Source: Elusimicrobiota bacterium
Lineage (GTDB): Bacteria; Elusimicrobiota; Elusimicrobia; UBA1565
Assembly: GCA_043827405.1 (NCBI GenBank)
Contig: JBDRPD010000053.1
Coordinates: 1 to 64,000 of the forward strand
Reading direction: 5' to 3'
DNA: 64,000 bases
The notes below the pieces were generated by a model that did no database searches, was not told the origin of the DNA, and saw only the letters and a program-made list of their open reading frames with translations. How positions within the stretch are numbered: the first letter of the stretch is position 1; each line of letters starts with the position of its first letter. The position numbers were made by a program, and so were the translations under genes. Shown here piece by piece: positions 46,805-57,078 of the stretch.

Positions 46805-49782
46805 TGAGGCGCGCGCTGATTTCCGCCTTATGCGGCCTGCTCGCCGTCCCCGCGGCGGCGGGCGACGACCCGCTCGCTACCCTCCGGGGCCACACCGCCG
46901 AGGTCGGCGCCGTAATATTCCTGCCGGACGGCAAGCGCATCCTCTCGGCGAGCGATGACCATACCCTCAAGGTTTGGGACGCGGCCGACGGCCATGAACT
47001 GGCCGCCTGGAGCGGACATACGGCCGAGGTCGGCGCCGCGGCGGCCGCGCCGGACGGCGGCCGCGTTGTTTCGGGCAGCGAGGACCGGACGCTGCGCATC
47101 TGGGACGCGAAGACCGGAAAAGAGATCGCCGTACTGAAGGGGAGCGGCGGCCAATACCGCGTCGTTGAGCTGTCCGCCGACGGGCGCACCGCCGCCGCGC
47201 TCACCTACGACGGAGAAATCGAGCTTTGGGACCTGCCCACCCGCACCCGCCGCTCGCTCCTCGACCGGAAGATCCCGCATACCATGGACATCGCTTATTC
47301 GCCGCGGGAGGACAAGCTTGTCACGGCCAACTGGGACAATGCCCTGCGCCTATGGGACCTGAGCTCGGGCAAGCTTATCGCCCGCTGCGCCGGCCATAAA
47401 AACGTCGTGCTCACCGCCGCCTTCTCGCCCGACGGCAGCAAGGTCCTATCGGCCGGCCGCGACAATACCCTCCGCCTCTGGGACGCAACCGACTGCCGCC
47501 CGCTGGCCGTCTGGAAAGGACATGACAGCTACGTCTATGCCGCCGCCTTCGCGCCGGACGGCCGCACCGCGGTTTCCGGCGGCGCGGACTACACCGTACG
47601 CCGGTGGGATACGGCGACCGGCCGCGAACTCGCCGTCTGGCGCGGACACCAGGGCGACATCCGCGCGGTCGCCTTCTCGCCGGACGGGACCTTGGTCGTC
47701 TCGGCCAGCGACGACCGCACGCTCAAACTGTGGCGTGCGTCGCCCGGCCCGGCTTTCGTGCAAACGCCCGCCGCCGCGGCTCCCCCCGCCGCCGCCCGCC
47801 CCCATGATGCCGAGGCGGCGCTCGGCAGGATGCTGTTCTTTGACCGCCGGCTCTCGGGAGATAATACGGTCGACTGCGCCGTCTGCCACATTCCCGACCG
47901 GGCCTACGCGGACGGACTGGCGCTCTCGATCGGCTACCCCGACACCCTCTACTTCCGCAACACCCCGACTTTGCTCAATACCGCGGCGCAAAAGTATCTC
48001 TACTGGGACGGCCGCTTCACCGGCGGCGATCTCCCGTCGCTCATTCGCGACCATATCGCCGAGGCGCACTTCATGAACGCCGACGGACGGCTGGTGGTCG
48101 AAAAGCTGCGGCAGGCGCCGGGCTATATCGCGGCTTTCCGCGAGGTCTATGGAGACGAACCCACCTACGGCGGAGTATTGAACGCCTTGGCGGAATTTGT
48201 CCGCACCCTCAAATCCGGCCCGGCGCCGCAGGCGCTCGCGGGCGCCGCCAAGCGGGGCCGCGAATTATTTGCCGGCGCAGGCGGCTGCGCCGGGTGTCAC
48301 AGCGGGCCGCTCTTCACCGACGGCGAATTCCACGACCGCGATGTTCCCGAGCACCCCGGCATCTTCGCGCAACCGCTGCGCCGCATCTCCTTCCGGCGCT
48401 TCTTCAAGCTCGCGGGCGTCAAGGACTATCAAAACCTCAAGCGGGATCTCGGGCTATACGCGGTTACCAAACGCGAAGGCGATCGCGGCAAGTTCAGAAC
48501 GCCGAGCCTGCGCGAAGCCGGCCGCACCGCCCCGTACATGCACAACGGCATGCTAAAGACGCTGGCGGACGCGGTACGGCATATGAATCCGCGGCTCAGC
48601 CGGCGGCAGGTCCGCGACCTGACGGCGTTTATCAAGACCTTAAGCAGCGAGACGGTAATCCACCAGGCGCCGGCGCTTCCTGGTTATGCCGTTCGCGTGC
48701 GGGAGAAGCGGACGCCGCCGAGCGCGCGGCCCGCCGGCGCGACGGCTCCCGCGCCGGATTACCCGCCGCTCGCGCCCCTGCCGCCGGTCCCGGTCCCCGA
48801 AGACAATCCTCTCACCCCGGCAAAGATCGAGCTGGGCAAGATGCTCTTTTTCGACCCCCGCCTGTCGGGCAACGGCGAGACCTACTGCGGCTCCTGCCAC
48901 GAACCGCCGATGGGCTGGGACGACGACAGCGATCTCGCTCAAGGCTACGAAGGGACTTTGCACTGGCGCAACTCGCAGACGATCATTAACGCCGCCTACT
49001 ACAGCAAGCTCAATTGGGACGGCGACAAACCGAGCCTGGAAGAGCAGGCGCGCTCCGCCATCATGACCAATATCTCCGGCAACGGCGACCCCGCCATGAT
49101 CGAGGAGCGGCTGGCCGACTCGCCGCGCTACGTCGAGCTGTTCAAGAAAGCCTTCGGCGTGGAGCGGCCGTTCTTCGAAGGCGTGCTCAAGGCCATCGCC
49201 TCGTTTGAGCGCGCCGTACCCATCTCCCGCAATGTTCCGTTCGACCGGGGCGTCCTCTCCCCCGCCGCCCGCAGGGGCCAGGCGCTCTTCGAGAACAAAG
49301 CCGGCTGCATCCGCTGCCATAACGGGCCGCTCGCCTCGGACCAAGGCTTCCATGCCACCGGCGCGCCGCCCAATCCCGCCTTCGACCAAGTGGCCTTGCG
49401 GCAGGTGACGCTGCGCTACGAGCACGTGATCCGCGGGGTCCCCGAAAAGTTCTACCGCGACGCCGGCACGGACCCCGGCCTGTTCCTGACGACGCTGCGC
49501 GAAGAAGACAGCGGCAAATTCCGCACCCCGAGCCTGCGCGAGCTCAAGTACACCGCTCCCTACATGCATAACGGAACGCTGCCGACACTGGCGGACGTGC
49601 TGGATTTTTACGACCGGGGCGGCGGCGAGACGCCCAACAAGACCCCCCTGCTCAAGCCGCTGGGCCTGACGCCCGGCGAGAAGCGGGACTTGATCGCCTT
49701 TCTCGAATCCTTGAGCGGCGACGAAATTCTCATTGCGCTCCCCGTGACGCCCGGACACGACGACTCCCGGGGGTACCGATGA
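46801..49782 (+). CDS. WD40-(CCP)2 fusion, copy 6
   Basis: ATGA overlap; CAVCH, CAGCH, CGSCH, CIRCH. Confidence 0.93.
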   Translation: MMRRALISALCGLLAVPAAAGDDPLATLRGHTAEVGAVIFLPDGKRILSASDDHTLKVWDAADGHELAAWSGHTAEVGAAAAAPDGGRVVSGSEDRTLRIWDAKTGKEIAVLKGSGGQYRVVELSADGRTAAALTYDGEIELWDLPTRTRRSLLDRKIPHTMDIAYSPREDKLVTANWDNALRLWDLSSGKLIARCAGHKNVVLTAAFSPDGSKVLSAGRDNTLRLWDATDCRPLAVWKGHDSYVYAAAFAPDGRTAVSGGADYTVRRWDTATGRELAVWRGHQGDIRAVAFSPDGTLVVSASDDRTLKLWRASPGPAFVQTPAAAAPPAAARPHDAEAALGRMLFFDRRLSGDNTVDCAVCHIPDRAYADGLALSIGYPDTLYFRNTPTLLNTAAQKYLYWDGRFTGGDLPSLIRDHIAEAHFMNADGRLVVEKLRQAPGYIAAFREVYGDEPTYGGVLNALAEFVRTLKSGPAPQALAGAAKRGRELFAGAGGCAGCHSGPLFTDGEFHDRDVPEHPGIFAQPLRRISFRRFFKLAGVKDYQNLKRDLGLYAVTKREGDRGKFRTPSLREAGRTAPYMHNGMLKTLADAVRHMNPRLSRRQVRDLTAFIKTLSSETVIHQAPALPGYAVRVREKRTPPSARPAGATAPAPDYPPLAPLPPVPVPEDNPLTPAKIELGKMLFFDPRLSGNGETYCGSCHEPPMGWDDDSDLAQGYEGTLHWRNSQTIINAAYYSKLNWDGDKPSLEEQARSAIMTNISGNGDPAMIEERLADSPRYVELFKKAFGVERPFFEGVLKAIASFERAVPISRNVPFDRGVLSPAARRGQALFENKAGCIRCHNGPLASDQGFHATGAPPNPAFDQVALRQVTLRYEHVIRGVPEKFYRDAGTDPGLFLTTLREEDSGKFRTPSLRELKYTAPYMHNGTLPTLADVLDFYDRGGGETPNKTPLLKPLGLTPGEKRDLIAFLESLSGDEILIALPVTPGHDDSRGYR

Positions 49783-52700
49783 AGGGAGCGCTGCTGGCCG
49801 TATGGCTTGCGGCCGCCGGGCCTGCCGGCGCCGTCGAAACGCGCCCGCTGGCGACCTGGAAGGGGCATACCGACCAGGTCTCCAACGCCGCCTTCACCGC
49901 GGACGGCGCCGGCGTCCTCTCCGCCAGCGACGATTACTCCCTGAAGCTCTGGGAGGTAAAAACGGGACGGGTAAAAAAGACGATCCGGGGCGAAAACGGA
50001 TATCAGTTCGGGCTCGTCTACTATTCGGGAGGTACGCGCTCGGCCGCGGTCAACGAAGCCCTGACCTTCAAGCTCTACGATGCGGCGGCCGGCAAGACCG
50101 TGGCCGTCTTCACCGGCTACGACAAGCTGCTCAACACCTTGGTCCTGTCGCCGGACGGACGGACGGCCGCGGCGACGGCCTGGGACGGCGAGCTCACGCT
50201 GTGGGACGCGGCGACGGGAAAAAAGACCGCGACCCTGCAGTCCGGGGACGCCGCGAGCGCCCTGGGCATCGCCTTCTCTCCGGACGGCAAAACTCTGCTC
50301 TCCGGCCACGGCGACCGCACCGTCCGGCTGTGGGACGCCGCCTCCGGAAAGCCGCAGGCCGTATGGCACGGCCACAAGCGCCACGTCCTCGCCGTTGCGT
50401 TCTCGCCGGACGGCAAGCACGCCCTATCGGGCGGCAAAGACAATACGCTCCGCTATTGGGACGCGGCGAGCGGCCGGACCCTGGCGGTATGGCGCGGACA
50501 TACCAGCTACGTCTATACCCTGGAGTTCTCGCCGGATGGGCGGCGGGCGCTTTCCGGCGGCTCCGACTTCACGGCCCGGCTGTGGGACACGGCCAGCGGC
50601 GAACTCCTGGACACGCTGCGCGGCCATCAGGGAGGAGTGCTCGATGTCGCATTTTCCCCGGACGGCACCCGCGCGGTTACCGCGAGCGAAGACCGCACGC
50701 TCAAGCTGTGGGACTTGACCGGAAAATCCGGCCCCGCGCCGGACGCGCCGGACGCGGTCTCCTATCTCCCCCCGCCGCCGGGCACCCCGGAAGAGCGCCT
50801 GGGCCGGCTGCTGTTTTTCGATCAGCGGCTGTCGGGAGACGAGTTTCGCGACTGCGCGTCCTGCCATATGCCGGAAAAGGCCTATAGCGACGGGAGCGAG
50901 CTCTCGCTGGGCTATCCCGATACCCTGTATTTCAGAAACACCCCCTCGCTGCTCAATCTCTCCGGCCAGAAGCACCTGTACTGGGACGGGCGCTTCCCGT
51001 CCGACGACCTGGCTTCGCTGATCAGGGATCATATCGCGGAAGCCCACTTCATGAACGCCGACGGCCGCCTCATCGTCGAGAAGCTGCGCCAAGCCCCCGG
51101 CTACCTGCAGGCCTTTCAGGAAGTCTACGGAACGGAACCTTCCTATGCGAAGATTCTGCAAGCGCTTACCGCCTTTGTCCGTTCGCTCAAATCCGGGGAG
51201 GCTCCGTTCGACCGTTTCCTCGCCGGCGATGCGCGCGCGCTGTCCCGCGCGGCGCGGCGCGGGCGGCAGCTGTTCAACGGCAAGGGCGGCTGCGCCGCAT
51301 GCCACAGCGGCCCCCTGCTCACGGACGGCGGCCTGCACAACCGCGGCGTGCCGGAAAATACGCGGATTCTGACCGAGCCGCCGCGCCGCGTATCGCTGCG
51401 CCGCTTCTACAAGCTCTTCGGCGTCAAGGACTACGCCGACTTGCGCGGCGACACCGGGCTCTACGCCGTGACGATGCGGCCGGAAGACCGCGGGAAGTTC
51501 AAAACTCCCAGCCTGCGGGAAGCCGCGCTGACGGCGCCCTATATGCATAACGGGATGATCGCGACGCTGGCAGAAGCGGCGGGTTTGATGAACCCCGGGC
51601 TGTCCCGGCGGGAACGCCGCGACCTCGCGGCATTCATGGAATCTCTCACCAGCGGCTCGCCGGCGTTCGCCTACAAACCGCCGCCGCTGCCGGAGTACGC
51701 GGTGCGCCCCGGAAAAGAGCATCCCCCTGCCGGCAAACCCGCCCCGGCGCCGGCCGCGTCGCGGCGCGAGTTTCCCCCGCTCGGGCCGCTCCCTCCGGTC
51801 CCGGTCCCGGACGATAATCCGCTCAGCGATGAAAAAGTGGAGCTCGGCCGGCTGCTGTTCTTCGATCCCCGCCTTTCCGGCGACGGCAGCACGTTCTGCG
51901 CCGCCTGCCATGAATCCGGCATGGGCTGGGGCGACGGCAGCGATCTCTCCCTGGGCTATCCCGGCATGCTGCACTGGCGCAACTCCCAGACGCTGCTGAA
52001 CGCCGCCTACTACTCGAAGCTCGAATGGGACGGCGCCTGGCCGAACCTGGAGGAACAGGCACGCGGCGCCATCACCTCCAACATCAACGGCAACGGAGAC
52101 CCGGAGGTGATCGAGGAGCGCCTCGCCGAATCGCCGGAATATATGCGGCTGTTCAAGCGGGCCTTCGGCGTTGAGCGGCCGAACTTCGAGAGCGTACTTA
52201 AGGCGCTGGCCTCCTTCCAGCGCGCGGTCCCGATTTCGCGCAATGTTCCGTTTGACCGCGACGACCTCTCCCCCGCCGCCCGCAAAGGCCGGGCGCTCTT
52301 TGAAGGCAAGGCCGGCTGCCTGCGCTGCCACAATGGGCCGCTGGCCTCCGATCAAGGGTTCCACGCCACCGGGGTGCCGCGCAATCCGGCCTTCGACCAT
52401 GTGGCGCTGCGCCAGGTGGCGCTGCGCTATCAGCACGTGACGCGCGGCGTCCCCGAGGAGGTGTACCGGAACGCGGACTCCGATCCGGGGCTCTACCTGA
52501 AGACGATGCGGGAAGAAGATATCGGCAAGTTCCGCACGGCGAGCCTGCGCGAGCTTAAGCACACCGCGCCCTACATGCACAACGGCACCTTGGCGACGCT
52601 CGCGGCGGTCGTGGACTTCTACGACCGGGGCGGCGGCGATACGCCCAACAAGACTCCCCTGCTCAAGCCGCTCCGGCTCACGCCGCAGGAGAAGCTCGAT

Positions 52701-52802
52701 CTCATCGCTTTCCTCGAATCGCTCTCCGGCGACGAGATTCTCATCGAGCCGCCGGCCACGCCGGGCCCGCGCATTTCGGGCCGGGGGCTGGAGATCAAAT
52801 GA
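49779..52802 (+). CDS. WD40-(CCP)2 fusion, copy 7
   Basis: ATGA overlap; CASCH, CAACH, CAACH, CLRCH. Confidence 0.93.
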   Translation: MKGALLAVWLAAAGPAGAVETRPLATWKGHTDQVSNAAFTADGAGVLSASDDYSLKLWEVKTGRVKKTIRGENGYQFGLVYYSGGTRSAAVNEALTFKLYDAAAGKTVAVFTGYDKLLNTLVLSPDGRTAAATAWDGELTLWDAATGKKTATLQSGDAASALGIAFSPDGKTLLSGHGDRTVRLWDAASGKPQAVWHGHKRHVLAVAFSPDGKHALSGGKDNTLRYWDAASGRTLAVWRGHTSYVYTLEFSPDGRRALSGGSDFTARLWDTASGELLDTLRGHQGGVLDVAFSPDGTRAVTASEDRTLKLWDLTGKSGPAPDAPDAVSYLPPPPGTPEERLGRLLFFDQRLSGDEFRDCASCHMPEKAYSDGSELSLGYPDTLYFRNTPSLLNLSGQKHLYWDGRFPSDDLASLIRDHIAEAHFMNADGRLIVEKLRQAPGYLQAFQEVYGTEPSYAKILQALTAFVRSLKSGEAPFDRFLAGDARALSRAARRGRQLFNGKGGCAACHSGPLLTDGGLHNRGVPENTRILTEPPRRVSLRRFYKLFGVKDYADLRGDTGLYAVTMRPEDRGKFKTPSLREAALTAPYMHNGMIATLAEAAGLMNPGLSRRERRDLAAFMESLTSGSPAFAYKPPPLPEYAVRPGKEHPPAGKPAPAPAASRREFPPLGPLPPVPVPDDNPLSDEKVELGRLLFFDPRLSGDGSTFCAACHESGMGWGDGSDLSLGYPGMLHWRNSQTLLNAAYYSKLEWDGAWPNLEEQARGAITSNINGNGDPEVIEERLAESPEYMRLFKRAFGVERPNFESVLKALASFQRAVPISRNVPFDRDDLSPAARKGRALFEGKAGCLRCHNGPLASDQGFHATGVPRNPAFDHVALRQVALRYQHVTRGVPEEVYRNADSDPGLYLKTMREEDIGKFRTASLRELKHTAPYMHNGTLATLAAVVDFYDRGGGDTPNKTPLLKPLRLTPQEKLDLIAFLESLSGDEILIEPPATPGPRISGRGLEIK

Positions 52803-55750
52803 AGGCCCTGCTTCTCGCCCTGCTCCTGCCGCCGGCCGCGGCCGCCCAGCCGCCCGTCGCGGTGCTCGAAGGGCATAACGATCACGTATTCCGGGTGCTG
52901 TTCTCGTCCGACTCCCGCCGCGTCATCTCCGCCTCCGAAGACGGCACGGTCAAGGTTTGGGGAGCCGCGGATGGGAACGAAATCCTAACCTACCGCTCGA
53001 CGGAAATCATCGCCGGCTTATTCGCGATCGACGGCATCAAGGTCGCCGTCAACCTAAACGATCACGGCGTCCGCATCCGCGACCTTTTTTCCGGGGAGGA
53101 GACCGCCGCCCTGCGCGGGCTGCCGGACGAACTGCGAACGCTCGCGATTTCTCAGGATGGGCGCCTGGCGGCCACCATTGTCTTCAACGGGCCGCTTCAG
53201 CTGTGGGCGGAAGGCCGTCCCGTTGTTCTGCGCCGGACCGAAGACGCGCACGCTTTTGCCATGGGACAGACCGTGCCGGGCCAGGAACCCTGCCTTGCCT
53301 TCTCCCTGGACGGCAGCGGGCTTTTGGCGGGACTCGGAGACGAGACCCTGCATTTTTTCAATACCGCCTCCGCGCAGCAGATCGCGAGCTGGCGCGGACA
53401 CCGGAATCAGGTGATGGCCGCCGTCTTCTCCCCCGACGGACGCACCGCGCTCTCGGGAGGCAGCGACAATACCATCCGCCGCTGGGACGTCGCGACCGGC
53501 GAAACGCTGGCGGTGTGGCGGGGACATACCAGCCATATTTATTCGCTGGCCTTTTCTCCGGACGGCAAAAAGGCGCTGTCGGGCAGCGCCGATCATACCG
53601 TACGGCTGTGGGACGCCGCTTCCGGCAAGGAGCTCCGCGTCGGCTGGGGGCATCAGGGCATCGTCCGCCACGTCGCTTTCTCTCCTGACGGAAAGCTCGC
53701 GGCTTCCGCCGGCGAGGACCGCGCGGTCATGCTGTGGAGCATGGACGGCTCACGCCGCGCCGCGCCGGCGCAGTCCCCGACGGCGCCGGAGATCGGCAGC
53801 CGCGAAGACCTCGGACGGCACCTGTTCTTCGACCGCCGGCTCTCCGGGGACAGCACGCTCAACTGCGCCGACTGCCATGACCCGCGAAAGCACTACACGG
53901 ACGGGCTCGCGCTCTCTACCGGATACCAGGACACCCTGTATTTCCGCAACACCCCCTCGCTGCTTAATCTGGCGGGGCAGAAACATCTTTACTGGGACGG
54001 ACGCTTCCCGTCCACCGACCTGCCTTCATTGATCCGCGACCATATCGCGGAGGCGCATTTCATGAACGCCGACGGCCGCCTCATCGTGGAGAAGCTCCGC
54101 CAGGCGCCCGGCTACGTCGACGTTTTTCGCAAAATATACGGCGACGAGCCGTCCTACAGCCGCATTCTCGACGCGCTGACGTCCTTTGTGCTCTCGCTCA
54201 AGTCCGCTGATCCCGGGGAGCTCTCCGCCGCCGCCCGGCGCGGTCAACAGCTGTTCGCGGGCAAAGGCGGCTGCTCCGCATGCCACAACGGACCGCTGCT
54301 GAGCGACGGGAAGATGCACGACCGCGGCGTACCGGATAACCCCGAGATTTTCCACGACCCCTTGCGCCGCATATCGCTGCGGCGCTTTTTCAAGCTCCTC
54401 GGCGTCAAAGACTATGCGAGCCTGCGGCGCGACCCGGGGCTCTACGCGATCAGCAAAAACCAGGCGGACGCCGGAAAATTCAGAACGCCCAGCCTGCGCG
54501 AAATCGGCCGCACCGCCCCGTATATGCATAACGGCATGTTCGCGACGCTGGAGGAGGCGGTGCATTTCGAGAATCCCGAATTGGCGGAGCCGGAGCGGCG
54601 CGATATCGTCGCCTTCCTGGAATCGCTCGGCAGCGAACTTCCCGCCGCCTCCATGACGCCGCCGCGCCTGCCCCGCTACGCCGTACGGCCGGCCGGCCCG
54701 CACCCGGCCCCGCCGAGCACCGCCCCCCCGGCCGCGCGCCCTAAAGCGCCGCCGCTCGGTCCGCTGCCGCCGGTCCCGGTGCCGAAAGACAATCCGCTCA
54801 CCGCGGAAAAAGTGGAGCTGGGGAAGCTGCTCTTCCACGACCCGCGGCTGTCGGGCGACGGCTATACCTTCTGCGCCACCTGCCATGCGCCCGCCATGGG
54901 CTGGGGCGACGGCAGCGATCTGGCGCAAGGCTATCCCGGCACGCTGCACTGGCGCAACTCGCAGACCCTGCTTAACGCCGCCTACTACTCGAAGCTTGAA
55001 TGGGACGGCGCCTGGCCGAGCCTGGAAGAGCAGGCGCGCGGCGCGATCACCTCCAACATCAACGGCAACGCCGATCCGACCATGATCGAGGAGCGGCTGG
55101 CGGAGTCGCCGGAATACGTCGAGCTGTTCAAGAAAGCCTTCGGCGTGGAGCGGCCGAACTTCGAGAGCGTACTCAAGGCGCTCGCCTCCTTCCAGCGCGC
55201 GGTACCGATCTCGCGCCATGTCCCGTTCGACCAGGGAACCCTTTCGCCCGCCGCCCGGCGCGGCCGCCGGCTGTTTGAAAACAAGGCGGGCTGCATCGCC
55301 TGTCATAACGGGCCGCTGGCATCCGATCAGGGCTTTCACGCCACCGGCGTGCCCCGCCATCCCGCCTTCGAACACATCGCCCTGCGCCAGATCACCCTGC
55401 GCTACCAGCACGTAACGCGGGGGGTGCCGGAAGAGGTTTATCGGGACGCCGACACCGATCAGGGGCTGTACCTGTCGACGCTGAGGAAAGAAGATATCGG
55501 CCGCTTCCGCACGCCGAGCCTGCGCGAGCTCAAATACACCGCGCCCTACATGCACAACGGCATATTCCAGACTCTCGCCGAGGTGGTGGACTTTTACAAT
55601 GAGGGCGGAGGCGAGACGCCCAACAAGTCGCCCCAGCTCAAGCCCTTGGCGCTCACCGCGGCGGAGAAAGACGACCTGATCGCCTTTCTCGAAGCGTTAT
55701 CCGGCGATGAGATTCTGCTCGCCCCGCCGCCGGCGGAAGACGGCCGCTAG
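52799..55750 (+). CDS. WD40-(CCP)2 fusion, copy 8
   Basis: ATGA overlap; CADCH, CSACH, CATCH, CIACH. Confidence 0.93.
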   Translation: MKALLLALLLPPAAAAQPPVAVLEGHNDHVFRVLFSSDSRRVISASEDGTVKVWGAADGNEILTYRSTEIIAGLFAIDGIKVAVNLNDHGVRIRDLFSGEETAALRGLPDELRTLAISQDGRLAATIVFNGPLQLWAEGRPVVLRRTEDAHAFAMGQTVPGQEPCLAFSLDGSGLLAGLGDETLHFFNTASAQQIASWRGHRNQVMAAVFSPDGRTALSGGSDNTIRRWDVATGETLAVWRGHTSHIYSLAFSPDGKKALSGSADHTVRLWDAASGKELRVGWGHQGIVRHVAFSPDGKLAASAGEDRAVMLWSMDGSRRAAPAQSPTAPEIGSREDLGRHLFFDRRLSGDSTLNCADCHDPRKHYTDGLALSTGYQDTLYFRNTPSLLNLAGQKHLYWDGRFPSTDLPSLIRDHIAEAHFMNADGRLIVEKLRQAPGYVDVFRKIYGDEPSYSRILDALTSFVLSLKSADPGELSAAARRGQQLFAGKGGCSACHNGPLLSDGKMHDRGVPDNPEIFHDPLRRISLRRFFKLLGVKDYASLRRDPGLYAISKNQADAGKFRTPSLREIGRTAPYMHNGMFATLEEAVHFENPELAEPERRDIVAFLESLGSELPAASMTPPRLPRYAVRPAGPHPAPPSTAPPAARPKAPPLGPLPPVPVPKDNPLTAEKVELGKLLFHDPRLSGDGYTFCATCHAPAMGWGDGSDLAQGYPGTLHWRNSQTLLNAAYYSKLEWDGAWPSLEEQARGAITSNINGNADPTMIEERLAESPEYVELFKKAFGVERPNFESVLKALASFQRAVPISRHVPFDQGTLSPAARRGRRLFENKAGCIACHNGPLASDQGFHATGVPRHPAFEHIALRQITLRYQHVTRGVPEEVYRDADTDQGLYLSTLRKEDIGRFRTPSLRELKYTAPYMHNGIFQTLAEVVDFYNEGGGETPNKSPQLKPLALTAAEKDDLIAFLEALSGDEILLAPPPAEDGR

Positions 55751-55759
55751 AAAGCGGCC
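55742..55759. terminator. Hairpin between convergent genes (possible intrinsic terminator)
   Basis: GGCCGCT-AGAA-AGCGGCC touching both stop codons, followed by TACTCTTTCTTCTT. Confidence 0.5.
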
Positions 55760-56190
55760 TACTCTTTCTTCTTGAGCTTCATGCCGCACTTGGGGCATTT
55801 GCCCGGCGCATGCCCTTTATGGCAGCCCATCGGGCAGACGTAAACCTGGCCCGGCTTCTTGTCCTTTTTCTTGAGCAAGCAGCTCTTGCAGGTGCATCCT
55901 TCCTTGCAGCCGCTCTTGGCGTAGGCGGCCTGAATCTTCTCGACCACCGCCTTGTCCTTGGACGTGATGCGGATAATGATACCGTCGGCGGTATTTTCGA
56001 ACTTGGTCTCAGCGCCCTTTATCGACATAGGGCAGACATGAGCGTCCTTCTTGACGAGCTTCCCGTCTTTCGCGGCGGCATGCGCTTCTCCCACGCCGCA
56101 GGAACCGCAATGGGACCATGACGCTCCCGGGGCGCACAGCAGCGCCGCGGCCAAACCGGCGGCGATCCAAAGTCCTTGATATTTTTTCAT
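55759..56190 (-). CDS. Secreted Cys/His-rich heavy-metal-binding protein
   Basis: Signal peptide then HCGSCG; HVCPM; CKEGCTCKSC; C-terminal YVCPMGCH...PGKCPKCGMKL heavy-metal-binding-type motif. Confidence 0.82.
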   Translation of the reverse strand: MKKYQGLWIAAGLAAALLCAPGASWSHCGSCGVGEAHAAAKDGKLVKKDAHVCPMSIKGAETKFENTADGIIIRITSKDKAVVEKIQAAYAKSGCKEGCTCKSCLLKKKDKKPGQVYVCPMGCHKGHAPGKCPKCGMKLKKKE

Positions 56191-56275
56191 GATGAGCCTC
56201 TTTGGTGAAGAATCAAATCCAGTACAGAATAGACGAAGTCTTTCAACGCAAGCTTAACACGGTCTTAATTCCTTC

Positions 56276-56998
56276 TCAACAACACCCCTTGTCCGAGCAT
56301 CCCTCATCCGTACACCCTTTATCCGAGCACCCCTCATCCGTACATCCGCACCCTTTATCCGCGCATCCATGCCCCGAGCCTGCGGGCGGACGAACGGCGA
56401 TAAAAATCGGACAGAGCCCGTCCGCGGTCTTTTCGCCGGCATGGACTTCCTTCATCTTCACCGTCTCCGGCCGGTCGATGACCGCGCCGCGGCCCCGCCA
56501 GTCGATCTTCTGCAGCACCGCCTCCACATGTTCGGACAAGCCGCGGATGACGAGCTTGAGGGTCGGCGAGGCGTGCTCGCTCTGGTAGCGCTCGAGCGCG
56601 ATTCCCAGCCGCAGCATCCCGGCGACGGCCCGGTCTTTCTCCGCGGCGCTCAAACCGTAATGCCCGAGCTGATTTTCCAGCGTCTGGAGAGCTTCCCCCT
56701 CGAGATCGAGCTTAAGCTCCTTGCTGCGCTCGCCCGCGGTTATTTTCACCGCGTCTTTGGGCGTCATGCCGGTCAAAGTAAAAACGTCGCCGAGGTCCTT
56801 GAAGGGAACTTCGCTGACGTCGAGAAAGACCAGGCGGCAGTTGCCGTTGATCGCGGTAAACAGATCGGTCGTATAGTTGAAACAGCCGATAACGGCATTG
56901 GCCAGAAAGCCGTCCACGTCTTTCTCCGGCTTCGCTTCCCAATCTTTTCCGATCAGCTCTTGCAAAACGGAAACCGGTATCTTCCCGACCACTGCCAT
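56276..56998 (-). CDS. Hypothetical protein with a Cys-rich pentapeptide-repeat tail
   Basis: GGAGG RBS before ATG 56998; ends GCADKGCGCTDEGCSDKGCTDEGCSDKGCC. Confidence 0.75.
   Translation of the reverse strand: MAVVGKIPVSVLQELIGKDWEAKPEKDVDGFLANAVIGCFNYTTDLFTAINGNCRLVFLDVSEVPFKDLGDVFTLTGMTPKDAVKITAGERSKELKLDLEGEALQTLENQLGHYGLSAAEKDRAVAGMLRLGIALERYQSEHASPTLKLVIRGLSEHVEAVLQKIDWRGRGAVIDRPETVKMKEVHAGEKTADGLCPIFIAVRPPAGSGHGCADKGCGCTDEGCSDKGCTDEGCSDKGCC
56284..56368. repeat. 15-bp coding tandem repeat, GC(T/S/A)D(E/K) x5
   Basis: cccttgtccgagcat / ccctcatccgtacac / cctttatccgagcac / ccctcatccgtacat ... Confidence 0.85.
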
Positions 56999-57078
56999 AA
57001 GCCCCTCCCGGACGCAAGAGTTCCTCCTTCGCGTCGGCACACTCTTTGTATCATATCTTCCGGCCGCATTCCGAAGCC

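Noticed and set aside
46801..46860. Tat signal in copy 6 (MMRR)
   Set aside because: Lacks the S/T-RR-x-FLK consensus; c-type cytochromes are Sec-exported and the other copies lack the motif
34941..52802. Selenocysteine or read-through at TGA stops joining the copies
   Set aside because: Next genes start in a different frame via ATGA/TGATG overlaps and have their own signal peptides
56284..56368. CRISPR-like repeat
   Set aside because: Contiguous 15-bp coding units with no spacers; no cas genes, tRNA or rRNA recognised anywhere in the window
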